Assembly: GCA_965198175.1 (NCBI GenBank)
Contig: OZ240245.1
Span: 1,728,001 to 1,792,000 of the forward strand
From: Candidatus Poribacteria bacterium
GTDB taxonomy: Bacteria > Poribacteria > WGA-4E > PCPOR2b
DNA length: 64,000 nucleotides
Direction of reading: 5' to 3'
Made by a program: the position numbers and the translations under genes. This document shows, in pieces, positions 1-9,458 of this stretch. Each line of letters starts with the position of its first letter. Positions within the stretch are counted from its first letter, which is position 1. The notes beneath the pieces were generated by a model that made no database searches, had not been told where the DNA came from, and worked only from the letters and a program-made list of their open reading frames with translations.

Positions 1-1163
1 GCAGCAAGAGAAAGGTTAAAGCAATGGCCGGAGGCAGGCATGACAAACATCTTGTCGCTCCTATCCACAGGTAGGGCTTTTGCCTCCCCGCAAAGACGTT
101 CGCTACTAATATCTATCGCAACCGCGTAGATACGGTGGGGCGCATAAAACTGTTGTTGGATTTCTTCCCGGACTTTGTGAGCAGTATTCTGGTGATAATG
201 TGAATCGGTGAACTGCCCGTCTACATGATGCACCGCAGCTTTTCCATTCACATTGGTTTCAAAGGTGAAGGTTTTCCCCTCAAAGCCGTGGCGTTCCATC
301 TCATCGGCGTAAAACTGTTGGACATCTCCGATCAGCGTATCCAACTTTGTGTCTATGTCTCGCTGGGGAGAGCGATCGCTTGGGAGAAAGTAGATCAACC
401 GTACCGTGTGTGGTTCACCGACATTCAAATTCTTTGTGTTGTCAAACTCAACCGTGCGGGGTTCGTCGACGTTCAAATTCGTAGTATCGTCAAACTTAAC
501 CGTAACTCCTCTACCCTGGAGGGTTGGAATGTGAGTCTTGATTGATGTGTGGCTAAGGGGATTTCCCCGCAAATAAACTTCGTCTCCACTTCCCAATCCT
601 GTATTTGCTACCAAAGGTGAGAGGTCCGAGATGCGGTTAGCCTCAAGAGTCAGCGATGTCAGATTGGTTAATCCCACCAAAGGCGAGAGATCCGATATCC
701 CGTTGCCGTCAAGAAACAGTGATTCTAAGTTGGTTAATCCTGCTAGAGGTGAAAGGTCTGATGCCGAGTTTTCCCCGAGATACAGTCCTGTCAGTTTAGT
801 TAAACCTGCCAGAGGTGAGAGGTCTTTAACCGAGTTTCTCCAAAGATGTAGGGCTATGAGATTGGTTAAGTTCGCTAGTGCCGAGATATCTGATATTGAG
901 TTGTTGTCAAACTTCAGGACTGTCAGGTTGGTTGCATGTTCCAACCCGGTCAAATCGCGAACCCCCGCCTCCGGTGCTTCAAGGCGCGTCAAAGTTGCCA
1001 TCTCCGACGGCGCGATTGGCTTCCCCTCTGCTTTACTGAGAGCGGTCTCAACTGCAGCACGGAGACTGGGGTCAGGGATGTCGACGCCTTGTGCCGTTGC
1101 AGTCAGCGGAAGGGTGAAGCACATCAGCAGGAAAAAGGTGAAATAAAGAAGTTCTCTTTTCAT
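1..1163 (-). CDS. Secreted internalin-like leucine-rich repeat protein followed by a probable metallopeptidase-like domain (runs off the window)
   Basis: Not in ORF track (no stop in window). Manual translation from ATG at 1163: signal peptide MKRELLYFTFFLLMCFTLPLTATAQ, cap VDIPDPSLRAAVETAL, 22-aa LRRs (N.ISDLSPLAGLTNL..L.L), then TVRLIYFLPSDR...PASGHCFNLSLA; AAGGA RBS upstream. Confidence 0.85.
   Translation of the reverse strand, partial: MKRELLYFTFFLLMCFTLPLTATAQGVDIPDPSLRAAVETALSKAEGKPIAPSEMATLTRLEAPEAGVRDLTGLEHATNLTVLKFDNNSISDISALANLTNLIALHLWRNSVKDLSPLAGLTKLTGLYLGENSASDLSPLAGLTNLESLFLDGNGISDLSPLVGLTNLTSLTLEANRISDLSPLVANTGLGSGDEVYLRGNPLSHTSIKTHIPTLQGRGVTVKFDDTTNLNVDEPRTVEFDNTKNLNVGEPHTVRLIYFLPSDRSPQRDIDTKLDTLIGDVQQFYADEMERHGFEGKTFTFETNVNGKAAVHHVDGQFTDSHYHQNTAHKVREEIQQQFYAPHRIYAVAIDISSERLCGEAKALPVDRSDKMFVMPASGHCFNLSLA
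403..503. repeat. 48-bp in-frame tandem duplication inside the LRR gene
   Basis: 403-450 and 451-498 are imperfect copies encoding TVKFDDTTNLNVDEPR / TVEFDNTKNLNVGEPH on the minus strand. Confidence 0.85.
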
Positions 1164-1306
1164 GAATTTTGATTCCTTTTTAAGACGGGATATGTATAAG
1201 GGATTTCCTTGCCTTGATGCGGAGACCGCGATGGTCACAATATTATAAAATCAGGTTGGAAGTCAGCGCTTTTTTCGTACTTGACCGATGATCGTCTGTT
1301 GGCATG

Positions 1307-1331
1307 AGGCGGGGCAAGATGCCCCGCCTAC
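1307..1331 (-). repeat. GTAG-type REP-like palindrome
   Basis: Minus strand GTAGGCGGGGCATCTTGCCCCGCCT: GTAG foot plus GC-rich hairpin, intergenic. Confidence 0.55.
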
Positions 1332-1469
1332 GTGTGATGGATTCCATTAACCGGGGGCAAGCGGATCGCTATCGCGCTCACTATTAGGATTTACTATCGC
1401 CTTCGCTATTCACTCAGTTGATCGTTCGCTTGATTCCCGCCAGTTCGCTGAATCGGTACAAGACAACAA

Positions 1470-2801
1470 TCACACCGGCAGCATTCCCAAGAGGCTCTGG
1501 GGCGTTAGAAACAAAATCTGCCTTGCGATGGAGAGTGATTCATCAACAGTGTACTGCCCTTGACCGACTTTCTGAGCAAATACCTCTGCGAGTTGTTTTC
1601 GGACAAGTACTGCTTTCGCGTAAGCCCACTCCATCGTATAAGCATCGCTGAAAAAGCCAATCTGCTTGTTTGCCGCTACCATGTCCAGTCTGTCTGCTAT
1701 GACTTTGCGGATGGTTGATGGAAAGAAGCTATGCCACCAATAACCGGCGAAAGAGAGGTTAGGCAACTCTCTAGCCAATGTGCACAAGGGCGGACTCGCA
1801 TGCTCGCTCGCTAGAAAAACCTGAAATCTCAGCCGCGGATGACGTTGAAAAATCTCAGCCAATTGGAAGATAGTTTCCTGTCTGAGTTTGCTTCCCGTTT
1901 CATAAGGCAAGGGCTCTGCGCCGAGGGAAAACTGATAAACAATCTCGCTAGCATGCTTATCTAGTTCTGTCAGGAAAGCTTCAAGGATGTAGTTCGCATA
2001 GATGTCGCGTTCCTGGATTGTGGCGTTCTCTCGGCGGCTTAGGGCGGTTTCCATCTCGTCGTCGCTTACCAGACGGTAGTTGATGTCCGTTGAGAAATGT
2101 TGCGCTGTGCTCAACACCCGCCCATATGGTATTTTATCGCAGTAGTGCTGAATAGCGCTATGCACGTCGTCAATGGTGTGGATGACACGATTTAGTTTTG
2201 GGCGGGATTCCAAGGTCACAGGCAGGGGCGGGGACGGCTCGTCTTCATTCCACGCCTTCTCCAATTCAAAAAGCGGGATGTCGTTCTGTCCCCATTGCGT
2301 GCGAGTAAAAAAAGCCCATTCCAAGCTATACTGTAATATATCGTCGGCGGAACCGTCATGACCGCGCCACAATTCCGTGCCAATGCGGCGACTATTCGCT
2401 TTGCGCATAACCTCACGCGGCCAGTCTGAATCCGTCGACCGTTCCTTTATAAGGGCATCCAGCGTAAGCCAATTCTCCTCAGAAATTGGTTCCGTCCAGT
2501 TGTAGAGGTCCTTTAGGATGATTTTCAATCCCCAAAAGCAACTGGTATTCTGGATATATTTCAAATACGGGATGGCTTCCGACAACCGACTGCGAACTTC
2601 GTTCTTGTCAGGATGTTCGGAGAGGCGGCTGCCGTTTGGGCAGCCGGCGCTATACAAGTCAGAGATAACCATGTGGTAGAGGAGCACATCGTGGAGCCCA
2701 CGCGCTGAGAGGTGAGAAGCATCAATGTGGGAATGACAATCAAGGGCAGGGATTTCGGCTAGCCCCTCCTCAAGCATGCGTGTCAAAGAACCGTTCTTCA
2801 T
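1470..2801 (-). CDS. Amidohydrolase-fold protein, uronate isomerase-like
   Basis: N-terminal DCHSH metal motif, GYWWH and FFSDAY..EW motifs, 443 aa, AGGAGG RBS. Confidence 0.7.
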   Translation of the reverse strand: MKNGSLTRMLEEGLAEIPALDCHSHIDASHLSARGLHDVLLYHMVISDLYSAGCPNGSRLSEHPDKNEVRSRLSEAIPYLKYIQNTSCFWGLKIILKDLYNWTEPISEENWLTLDALIKERSTDSDWPREVMRKANSRRIGTELWRGHDGSADDILQYSLEWAFFTRTQWGQNDIPLFELEKAWNEDEPSPPLPVTLESRPKLNRVIHTIDDVHSAIQHYCDKIPYGRVLSTAQHFSTDINYRLVSDDEMETALSRRENATIQERDIYANYILEAFLTELDKHASEIVYQFSLGAEPLPYETGSKLRQETIFQLAEIFQRHPRLRFQVFLASEHASPPLCTLARELPNLSFAGYWWHSFFPSTIRKVIADRLDMVAANKQIGFFSDAYTMEWAYAKAVLVRKQLAEVFAQKVGQGQYTVDESLSIARQILFLTPQSLLGMLPV

Positions 2802-2891
2802 CGTTTAACCTCCTGATTCGCATGTAGGACGATGCTCCGGTAATCGACGGGCGTAAAATCGTCGGATTATGAATTTCGACCTATCATTTCA

Positions 2892-3827
2892 TTACACCAT
2901 TTCCCGTTCTCTTAAGAATCGTTCAACAGCGGCGCGATCCGGGATTCCAGCACGTCCGCCTGTTTTTGTGGCTTTGATTGCCGCGGCGGCAGAGGCAAAT
3001 CGAATACACCGCAAAATTGACCATCCCCACGTTATACCTGCTGCGTATGCACCGTGAAAAACATCTCCGCAGCCGGTCGTATCTACGACCTGAACTGTAT
3101 ACGCCGGAACATGCCGGACGTCCCCGGGCGCTTCTCCGCAGGCGTACCAGCAACCCTGATGGCCGGCGGTAACAATTGTACAAGTGCGAGGTGTCTGAAC
3201 TGCTAGATGTTCAACTGCCTGAGCAGGGTCATTTTTGCCGGTGAATTTAGCGGCGAAACTTGCGGAGAGTATGAGATAGTCGATGTGTGCCATCAATGCG
3301 TCGGTTCGAGGGTGTTCACCGAGTTCAATATCGGCAATCGTCGGAATACCCATCTTTTTGGCAATTCCGGCTGCGTACAACATAGTCTCGACGCAAAGAT
3401 GGTCTATAAAGAGCAATCGGGTTTGTTCAATAAGCGGTTCATCTATACTTCCTAACGGACGCGGTATAACTTCTGCGTCTGAATAGAAAATGGTGCGGGT
3501 CTTACCTGTTTGGTCAACAATAATGACAGAGTGGAATGGTCGAGCACCGGTCTGACGAATCACCGGTCCACAATCAACGCCTTCGCGTTCTAACTCCTCA
3601 ATCGTCCAAGCGGAGAGTGGATCGTCGCCTAATACACCGCCGTACGCACATTTCGCCCCTAATCGTGATGCCGCAACCAGGGGGGTCCCTGTTAAGCCGC
3701 CGCCTTGACGGATGTTGGACAATACAGGGATTTTCGTGTCGGGTGGAGGATAGCTTTCCACGGTGAGAAAATCATCAACAGCAACAATGCCACAACCGAA
3801 TATATCCCAACTCGGCATGTCTACCAT
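2892..3827 (-). CDS. PfkB family carbohydrate kinase
   Basis: GGG..G N-terminal motif and VVDTTGCGDVFHG signature; start may be ATG at 3818. Confidence 0.9.
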   Translation of the reverse strand: MVDMPSWDIFGCGIVAVDDFLTVESYPPPDTKIPVLSNIRQGGGLTGTPLVAASRLGAKCAYGGVLGDDPLSAWTIEELEREGVDCGPVIRQTGARPFHSVIIVDQTGKTRTIFYSDAEVIPRPLGSIDEPLIEQTRLLFIDHLCVETMLYAAGIAKKMGIPTIADIELGEHPRTDALMAHIDYLILSASFAAKFTGKNDPAQAVEHLAVQTPRTCTIVTAGHQGCWYACGEAPGDVRHVPAYTVQVVDTTGCGDVFHGAYAAGITWGWSILRCIRFASAAAAIKATKTGGRAGIPDRAAVERFLREREMV

Positions 3828-3966
3828 CCCAATTCGTGAAATATCGCGTGTGAAAAATAACGAACGCGGACCTAATCTCCACCCCTTCTATTGGAAATCG
3901 ATCTACGGAACAATGGCTCAGTTCGTGATGAGCGCCCCATATTTCAGTTGTTAAGGGGGGTTCCGG

Positions 3967-4725
3967 TTAGCCACGCCCAATGTAAGGCATCTTCGTCGCC
4001 ATGACAGTCATGAATAGTACTACGGTATCTAGTGGAAGGCTAGCCATGTAGATCACCGCACGTGCGACATTGTCTGCGTCCATTCTCGGTTCAACCATGA
4101 CGGAGCCATTTGCCTGCGGAACCCCGTCGTTCATCCTTTCAGTCATTTCGGTCGCAGCATTACCAATGTCGATTTGACCACACGCGATATCGTACTTCCG
4201 TCCGTCGAGAGCCGAGGAGCGGGTAAGTCCGGTCATCGCGTGCTTGGTGGCTGTATAGGGTGCAGAGTTCGGTCGTGGTACGTGCGCGGATATCGAGCCG
4301 TTATTGATGATGCGCCCACCCTTAGGTTGCTGGCTCTTCATAATCTTGAAAGCCTCCTGGGTACACAGAAACGCGCCGGTCAAGTTGACATCTACAACGG
4401 CTTTCCATTGCTCGTAGGTTAAATCTTCCAAGAGTACGGGCGGCGCTCCAGTTCCTGCATTGTTAAATAAGAGATCAAGCCTGCCAAAAACCTCCTTCGT
4501 CTTGGCGAACAAGGCTTGAACGGAGGTGGGCTGGGTCACGTCAGTGGGTACAACCAACGCTCGGGAACCGGACGGTCCCGCCTCCGTCGCAGCCATCTCT
4601 AATGTCTCTACACGACGCCCAGCCAGCGTAACGCAATATCCTTCCTGCAAAAGAGCTAACACCGTTCGCTTACCAATGCCGGTCCCGGCTCCAGTGACGA
4701 TGGCGACTTTCCTAACAGAACTCAT
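3967..4725 (-). CDS. SDR family oxidoreductase
   Basis: [17 protein letters not shown] motifs; GGAGG RBS. Confidence 0.92.
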   Translation of the reverse strand: MSSVRKVAIVTGAGTGIGKRTVLALLQEGYCVTLAGRRVETLEMAATEAGPSGSRALVVPTDVTQPTSVQALFAKTKEVFGRLDLLFNNAGTGAPPVLLEDLTYEQWKAVVDVNLTGAFLCTQEAFKIMKSQQPKGGRIINNGSISAHVPRPNSAPYTATKHAMTGLTRSSALDGRKYDIACGQIDIGNAATEMTERMNDGVPQANGSVMVEPRMDADNVARAVIYMASLPLDTVVLFMTVMATKMPYIGRG

Positions 4726-5015
4726 CTATCATACGCCTCCCAAGGATCGGGACGCATGAATTATTGAGACCCAATCCATTTTAGAATAGGGTAGCAAAAA
4801 TCACCTATCCCGTCAACAAAAATCGCTACCCTTAACGCAGCACCATCGTTCCCCAAGCGGGCGCTGCTAAAGAAAATCGGTGAGCATTACTTGAATCCAC
4901 CGCAAAAGCTGCCACAACGACTACAGGGTGAAAGAAGGGCAGTGAGCCTATTTGGAAATCGGCTTGAGCAAGTTTTGGTCTACGAACTCTTTGAGATGGC
5001 TCATTGTCAAATTCT

Positions 5016-5816
5016 CTACGTCTTACGAACCATGATTGCATCGTCACGCTTCAATTCGAGCAAGTTTGCAGCGTTTCCTTGGTTGACCGAAATCTCGAGC
5101 CGCCCGGAACTGCCGATAATCGCTAAACACTCTCCAGCTTTAGACTCAGCGTAAGTGCGATTGAGCCGATTAATCTCGACATTTCCTGCCTGGATGACGA
5201 AATTCTCATGGACGATTATTGATTCGAGGATTTCACGGGAAATGTTGGTGACTAGGTTGCCGAAACGATCAATCCAGATGACGCGCGCGATAATTGAGGT
5301 CTTTGTCACTTGAGCCATAGAGCTAGACAGTCGCACGAGGTCGTTAACCGCACGCCCGAAGTCACTTAGGGGAATCCCGCGTGATAGGTGCGCGGCAACG
5401 GGCGCGAAAATATCTCTGCCATGAAAGGTATTGCTAATCTCAGGTAGGCAATAGACGGTATTTTCCACAACGACCGCGCGATACAGCATATTGTCATCAA
5501 GAACGTGGCTCAAAACACCGTTGTCTGGGCAGACGAAGTATGCCGTTTCTGTTTGGCAGACGATAGCCCGTCGCATACTACCAACACCTGGATCCACGAC
5601 GACCACATGGATACTTCCGGTTGGGAAATAACGGTACGCTGAATGGATGATGAATGCAGCACCATGAATGTCTTGGGGCGGAATCGCATGCGTAATGTCA
5701 ACGATTTGAATTTGTGGATTGATATTCAGAATCACGCCTGTCATGGCGCCGACGTAGGAATCGCTCTTTCCAAAATCGGTTGTCAGTGTGATGACGCCGG
5801 ACGGAGCAGTATCGAT
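5016..5816 (-). CDS. SAM hydroxide adenosyltransferase / SAM-dependent halogenase family (DUF62)
   Basis: ITLTTDFG (upstream of the ORF-track ATG at 5744), VVDPGVG..RR, SNTFHGRDIFAP, IDRFGN; start inferred at ATC 5816. Confidence 0.88.
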   Translation of the reverse strand: MDTAPSGVITLTTDFGKSDSYVGAMTGVILNINPQIQIVDITHAIPPQDIHGAAFIIHSAYRYFPTGSIHVVVVDPGVGSMRRAIVCQTETAYFVCPDNGVLSHVLDDNMLYRAVVVENTVYCLPEISNTFHGRDIFAPVAAHLSRGIPLSDFGRAVNDLVRLSSSMAQVTKTSIIARVIWIDRFGNLVTNISREILESIIVHENFVIQAGNVEINRLNRTYAESKAGECLAIIGSSGRLEISVNQGNAANLLELKRDDAIMVRKT

Positions 5817-5895
5817 TGTAAATCACCTCGCAGAATTGACAGGATCGCCGAAAGTGTATCAAAAAGAAAAGCCAAGAGCAAGACGAAATATTCGC

Positions 5896-5924
5896 TTGCA
5901 CGACAACATACTCTGGGCTATAAT
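5896..5924 (+). promoter_or_regulatory. Sigma70-type promoter
   Basis: TTGCAC-17 bp-TATAAT upstream of the VOC gene. Confidence 0.55.
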
Positions 5925-6056
5925 ACTGATATCTCATCTTAGGGAATGGAGTGGAGTCTCAAGAATAGGCAAGTTAGAGCGATTCGCTTAGATAAAAACT
6001 TAAATGAATTCGATGTCAGTTTAGCGTGTTAAGCGCATCTAATGGGAGGGTAGGCG

Positions 6057-6467
6057 ATGGAATCTAACAAGGAAGAGTGTCAATTCAGAGCAACGGCTCC
6101 GTACTTCATGGTACGAAGTCTAAAAGCATCGCTGGACTATTATCACAACGTGCTCGGTTTCGATATGCCGCCGCTTTGGGGTGAACCACCTTCGTTCGCA
6201 ATGCCGTCCCGGGACAGGTTTATCATCATGCTCAAAGAAGTTAAGCAAGGTACCGAGATAACAACCAACCGTAGCCAGGGTGGTTATTGGGACGCATACG
6301 TTTGGATTAACGATGCCGACGCGCTATTCACGGACTACAAAGAAAAGGGAGCCATCGTTGACTATGAACCATGCATTCGGCCAGAGTACGACATGAAAGA
6401 GTTTGGCGTTCGCGATTCAGATGGCCACGTCATTGGTTTTGGACAGCACTACCAAGGGGGAACCTAA
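6057..6467 (+). CDS. VOC / glyoxalase-bleomycin resistance family protein
   Basis: PYFMVRSLKASLDYY..VLGF and YDMKEFGVRDSDGHVIGFGQ; GGGAGG RBS. Confidence 0.9.
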   Translation: MESNKEECQFRATAPYFMVRSLKASLDYYHNVLGFDMPPLWGEPPSFAMPSRDRFIIMLKEVKQGTEITTNRSQGGYWDAYVWINDADALFTDYKEKGAIVDYEPCIRPEYDMKEFGVRDSDGHVIGFGQHYQGGT

Positions 6468-7051
6468 CGGGATTCGTCTGCTTTGTAATGTATTTGTAAC
6501 AATCTTGACGCCTTCCGACATCGGAATCCAGATCAGTTCCGAGAATTCCCGCGGAGAAAAGGAAAAGGTGACTTACCTACGGCTGGTATGCGAGCGAAAA
6601 TGACACGACCGATGGTCTCAGGTTAGAAAGTGAATCCATTCGCGAAGCTGTCTACCAAATAACATTCACCATCGTGAAACTCGAGGCACCGTGCTCCATT
6701 CCAGCTATGTGGTTTGGTCGTCCGGTACCAAGGGAGGCTCCCTCTATACATCTTCTGCACCCTCTGGTCTGACAGGATCGACTCTCCAGCAAGTGTCCCG
6801 CAGCCTACCAGCGAGTTGTTCATTTCAGCTAATATTGTGTATTGGGAGTTAAGCATGCTGCATAGACAAGCGGCGAATTCATGCTATTCGTGTCTATCAG
6901 AGTTTGTCCTGCGATTCTGGAGCGTCTAGTGATGGTTCGACTTCCAATTACTCGCTGCAATCCTGAACAATGAAAGGTGGCACTTTTCCCCGTGTAGGTA
7001 TTTTAATGTGGAAGTCATATTCGACACGGAGAAACAGAGGAGTTTACTTGA

Positions 7052-8635
7052 ATGGAAAATAAAGATTCAATGACAATACCTCAAGCCAGTGAGTGGGCAA
7101 CGGACTATATTAAAAAAAATGTAACAACTTCCAATATCTCTTATCTTATCCAATATGGAAGGATTCGGAAATATGACAACAATGGAACCACAACGGTCTC
7201 TAAACAGGATTTAATCGAATATTATCGCTCATATATCGGCAAGCGAGAAATCAACTGGAAAGCACAATTAGGCGAAGACATCAATTGGGGTTTGTCATTT
7301 GATTATCTGAAAGAAGCTGATACGACGAAACATGTCCATAGACTCCACCCATATAAAGGCAAGTTCATTCCCCAACTGGTTGAATACTTCTTAGACAATC
7401 ATACAGATGATTTCAAAAAAGATGTGTGTTTCACGCAAGGTGATATAATCCTCGATCCGTTTTGTGGTAGCGGCACAACACTGGTACAAGCTAGCGAGCT
7501 TGGAATGCACGCTATCGGCATTGATATTTCCGCATTTAATGCGCTAATTAGCAACATCAAAATAGAAAAACATAGTCTCCTTGATGTGCAGGAAGAAGTT
7601 CGCAACATCACAAACGCTCTGAAACGGTTTATCAGCCAATCCAATGTTGCTCAATTTGAAGCACAGCTTGCTGAAGAACTCAACGAGTTTAATTACGAAT
7701 ATTTTCCGTCACCTGATTTCAAATACAAAGTCAGGCAAGGACTGACCGATCAAGAGAAATACGGAAAAGAAAGGGAGGAGGAATTTTCGCTCAGGTATTT
7801 TCAACTAATTAACCAATATGGGATTAAGTTGTGGCAAAGAAAATCAGAGAATTTCCTCGATATGTGGTATTTATCACCTGTTAGAGAAGAAATTGATTTT
7901 GTCTTTGAGCGCGTCAAACACATCCAAAATCGTGAAACACAGCGGGTAATCGAGATTATTTTGAGTCGAACGATCCGCTCTTGTCGGGCAACAACACATG
8001 CAGATTTGGCAACCTTAAAAGAACCTGTAACGGCAGTCTATTATTGTTCCAAGCATGGGAAAATGTGCAAACCGTTGTTTTCCATATTGAGTTGGTGGGA
8101 ACGATACAGTCAAGATACAATACAGCGTCTCGTTCAATTCGATAAATTAAGGACAAGCACGTTTCAAACCTGTCTGACTGGTGATTCCCGGACAATTGAT
8201 ATTATCGAGGCATTAGAAGCAGTTAACCCAGATATTGCTCAACTGGTGAAGGAGCAGAAGATTAAAGGGGTTTTCTCTAGCCCACCATATGTTGGACTAA
8301 TCAACTATCACGAACAACACGCCTACGCCTATGATTTATTTGAATTTGATCGAAATGATGAACTAGAAATTGGACCGCTCTTCAGGGGCAAGGCAAAAGA
8401 AGCCAGAGATCGGTATATCAGAGGTATTTCAGAAGTGTTGAGGAATTGCACGAATTTTTTGGCAAAGGATTATGATGTTTTTCTGGTGGCAAATGACAAG
8501 TTCAACATGTATTCAACGATTGCGGAGCGTTCGGGAATGCGAATTGTCAATCAATATAAACGACCTGTTCTCAACCGAACGGAAAAGGACAAAGGCGCAT
8601 ACTCCGAAAGTATTTTCCATCTGAAGTCAAAATAG
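7052..8635 (+). CDS. Type II DNA methyltransferase (probably N4-cytosine, alpha order) with N-terminal HTH-like extension
   Basis: HPYKGKF, DPFCGSGTT (SAM binding) preceding SSPPY catalytic motif; adjacent to endonuclease. Confidence 0.9.
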   Translation: MENKDSMTIPQASEWATDYIKKNVTTSNISYLIQYGRIRKYDNNGTTTVSKQDLIEYYRSYIGKREINWKAQLGEDINWGLSFDYLKEADTTKHVHRLHPYKGKFIPQLVEYFLDNHTDDFKKDVCFTQGDIILDPFCGSGTTLVQASELGMHAIGIDISAFNALISNIKIEKHSLLDVQEEVRNITNALKRFISQSNVAQFEAQLAEELNEFNYEYFPSPDFKYKVRQGLTDQEKYGKEREEEFSLRYFQLINQYGIKLWQRKSENFLDMWYLSPVREEIDFVFERVKHIQNRETQRVIEIILSRTIRSCRATTHADLATLKEPVTAVYYCSKHGKMCKPLFSILSWWERYSQDTIQRLVQFDKLRTSTFQTCLTGDSRTIDIIEALEAVNPDIAQLVKEQKIKGVFSSPPYVGLINYHEQHAYAYDLFEFDRNDELEIGPLFRGKAKEARDRYIRGISEVLRNCTNFLAKDYDVFLVANDKFNMYSTIAERSGMRIVNQYKRPVLNRTEKDKGAYSESIFHLKSK

Positions 8636-8654
8636 CGTACAGATTGTGATAAAT

Positions 8655-9434
8655 ATGCCGTTATCCGAAGAACAAATAGCATCAGTCGAAGCAACAATCA
8701 AAAGAAGTTTAAGGAAAAAATTTCAAAATTACAAACGAGAGTCTAAAAACATGCCCTTTCACTACCGCCTGTTAGGGAAAGACAGGATGGCTCTTTACTC
8801 ATTTATTCAGTCGTTGAATACAACATTTGGCACATCTATTTTTGAACCAGTGGCAGAGACACTAGCCAAGACCCGTTTCGTAAACGCACAATCACAATAT
8901 GTTGTTGGCAACGAAATTAGTGAAGTAGCCCAAAACGAAATTCAGGGCATTATGAATAAACTAACAACTGGAGAAACAGATCCTGATAAACGCGAAGAAA
9001 TTCAGAGGATTAGGACTGTGTGTCAAAAAGGTCAGATGAATAGATTGCGAACTGTGAAGGCTGATCTGTTTGTTGAAAACGATGAAGGTTCATTATTATT
9101 TTTCGATCTGAAAACAGTCAAGCCAAACAAGGGCGACTTTGAGAAGTTTAAGAGAACACTGTTAGAATGGTGCGCAATCGCTTTAGCAAAGAATCCAGAC
9201 CTTGATATTCACACTATCATTGCAATTCCTTACAATCCGTATGAACCGGAATCTTATAAACGCTGGACAGCAAAGGGGATGTTGGATTTGGGACAAGAAC
9301 TAGAAGTTGCCAACGAATTTTGGGATTTCTTAGGTGGCGATGGTGCGTATCAAGATTTGTTAGACTGTTTTGAAAAAATCGGCATTGAATTACGGCCTGA
9401 GATTGATCAGTACTTTGAAAAATTCAGAAATTGA
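8655..9434 (+). CDS. Type II restriction endonuclease, TdeIII/MjaII-like family
   Basis: MPFHYRLLG..RMALYSFIQSLNTTFG, D...DLKTVKPN nuclease motif, AIPYNPY, FWDFLGG. Confidence 0.8.
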   Translation: MPLSEEQIASVEATIKRSLRKKFQNYKRESKNMPFHYRLLGKDRMALYSFIQSLNTTFGTSIFEPVAETLAKTRFVNAQSQYVVGNEISEVAQNEIQGIMNKLTTGETDPDKREEIQRIRTVCQKGQMNRLRTVKADLFVENDEGSLLFFDLKTVKPNKGDFEKFKRTLLEWCAIALAKNPDLDIHTIIAIPYNPYEPESYKRWTAKGMLDLGQELEVANEFWDFLGGDGAYQDLLDCFEKIGIELRPEIDQYFEKFRN

Positions 9435-9458
9435 TTCAAATCCGAAACAGGAGCGACA

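Noticed and set aside
225..1172. Plus-strand ORFs 225..545, 631..1146, 936..1172
   Set aside because: Antisense shadows of the minus-strand LRR gene; their periodicity mirrors the LRRs
5941..6000. Fluoride riboswitch near the DUF62 gene (GGGAATGGAG...)
   Set aside because: Lacks the paired stem and downstream GCTRATGAC element, and is oriented away from that gene
6623..6856. 77-aa minus-strand ORF with a GNAT-like strand (YTILAEMNNSLVGCG)
   Set aside because: No acetyl-CoA motif or RBS; at most an unrecognisable remnant
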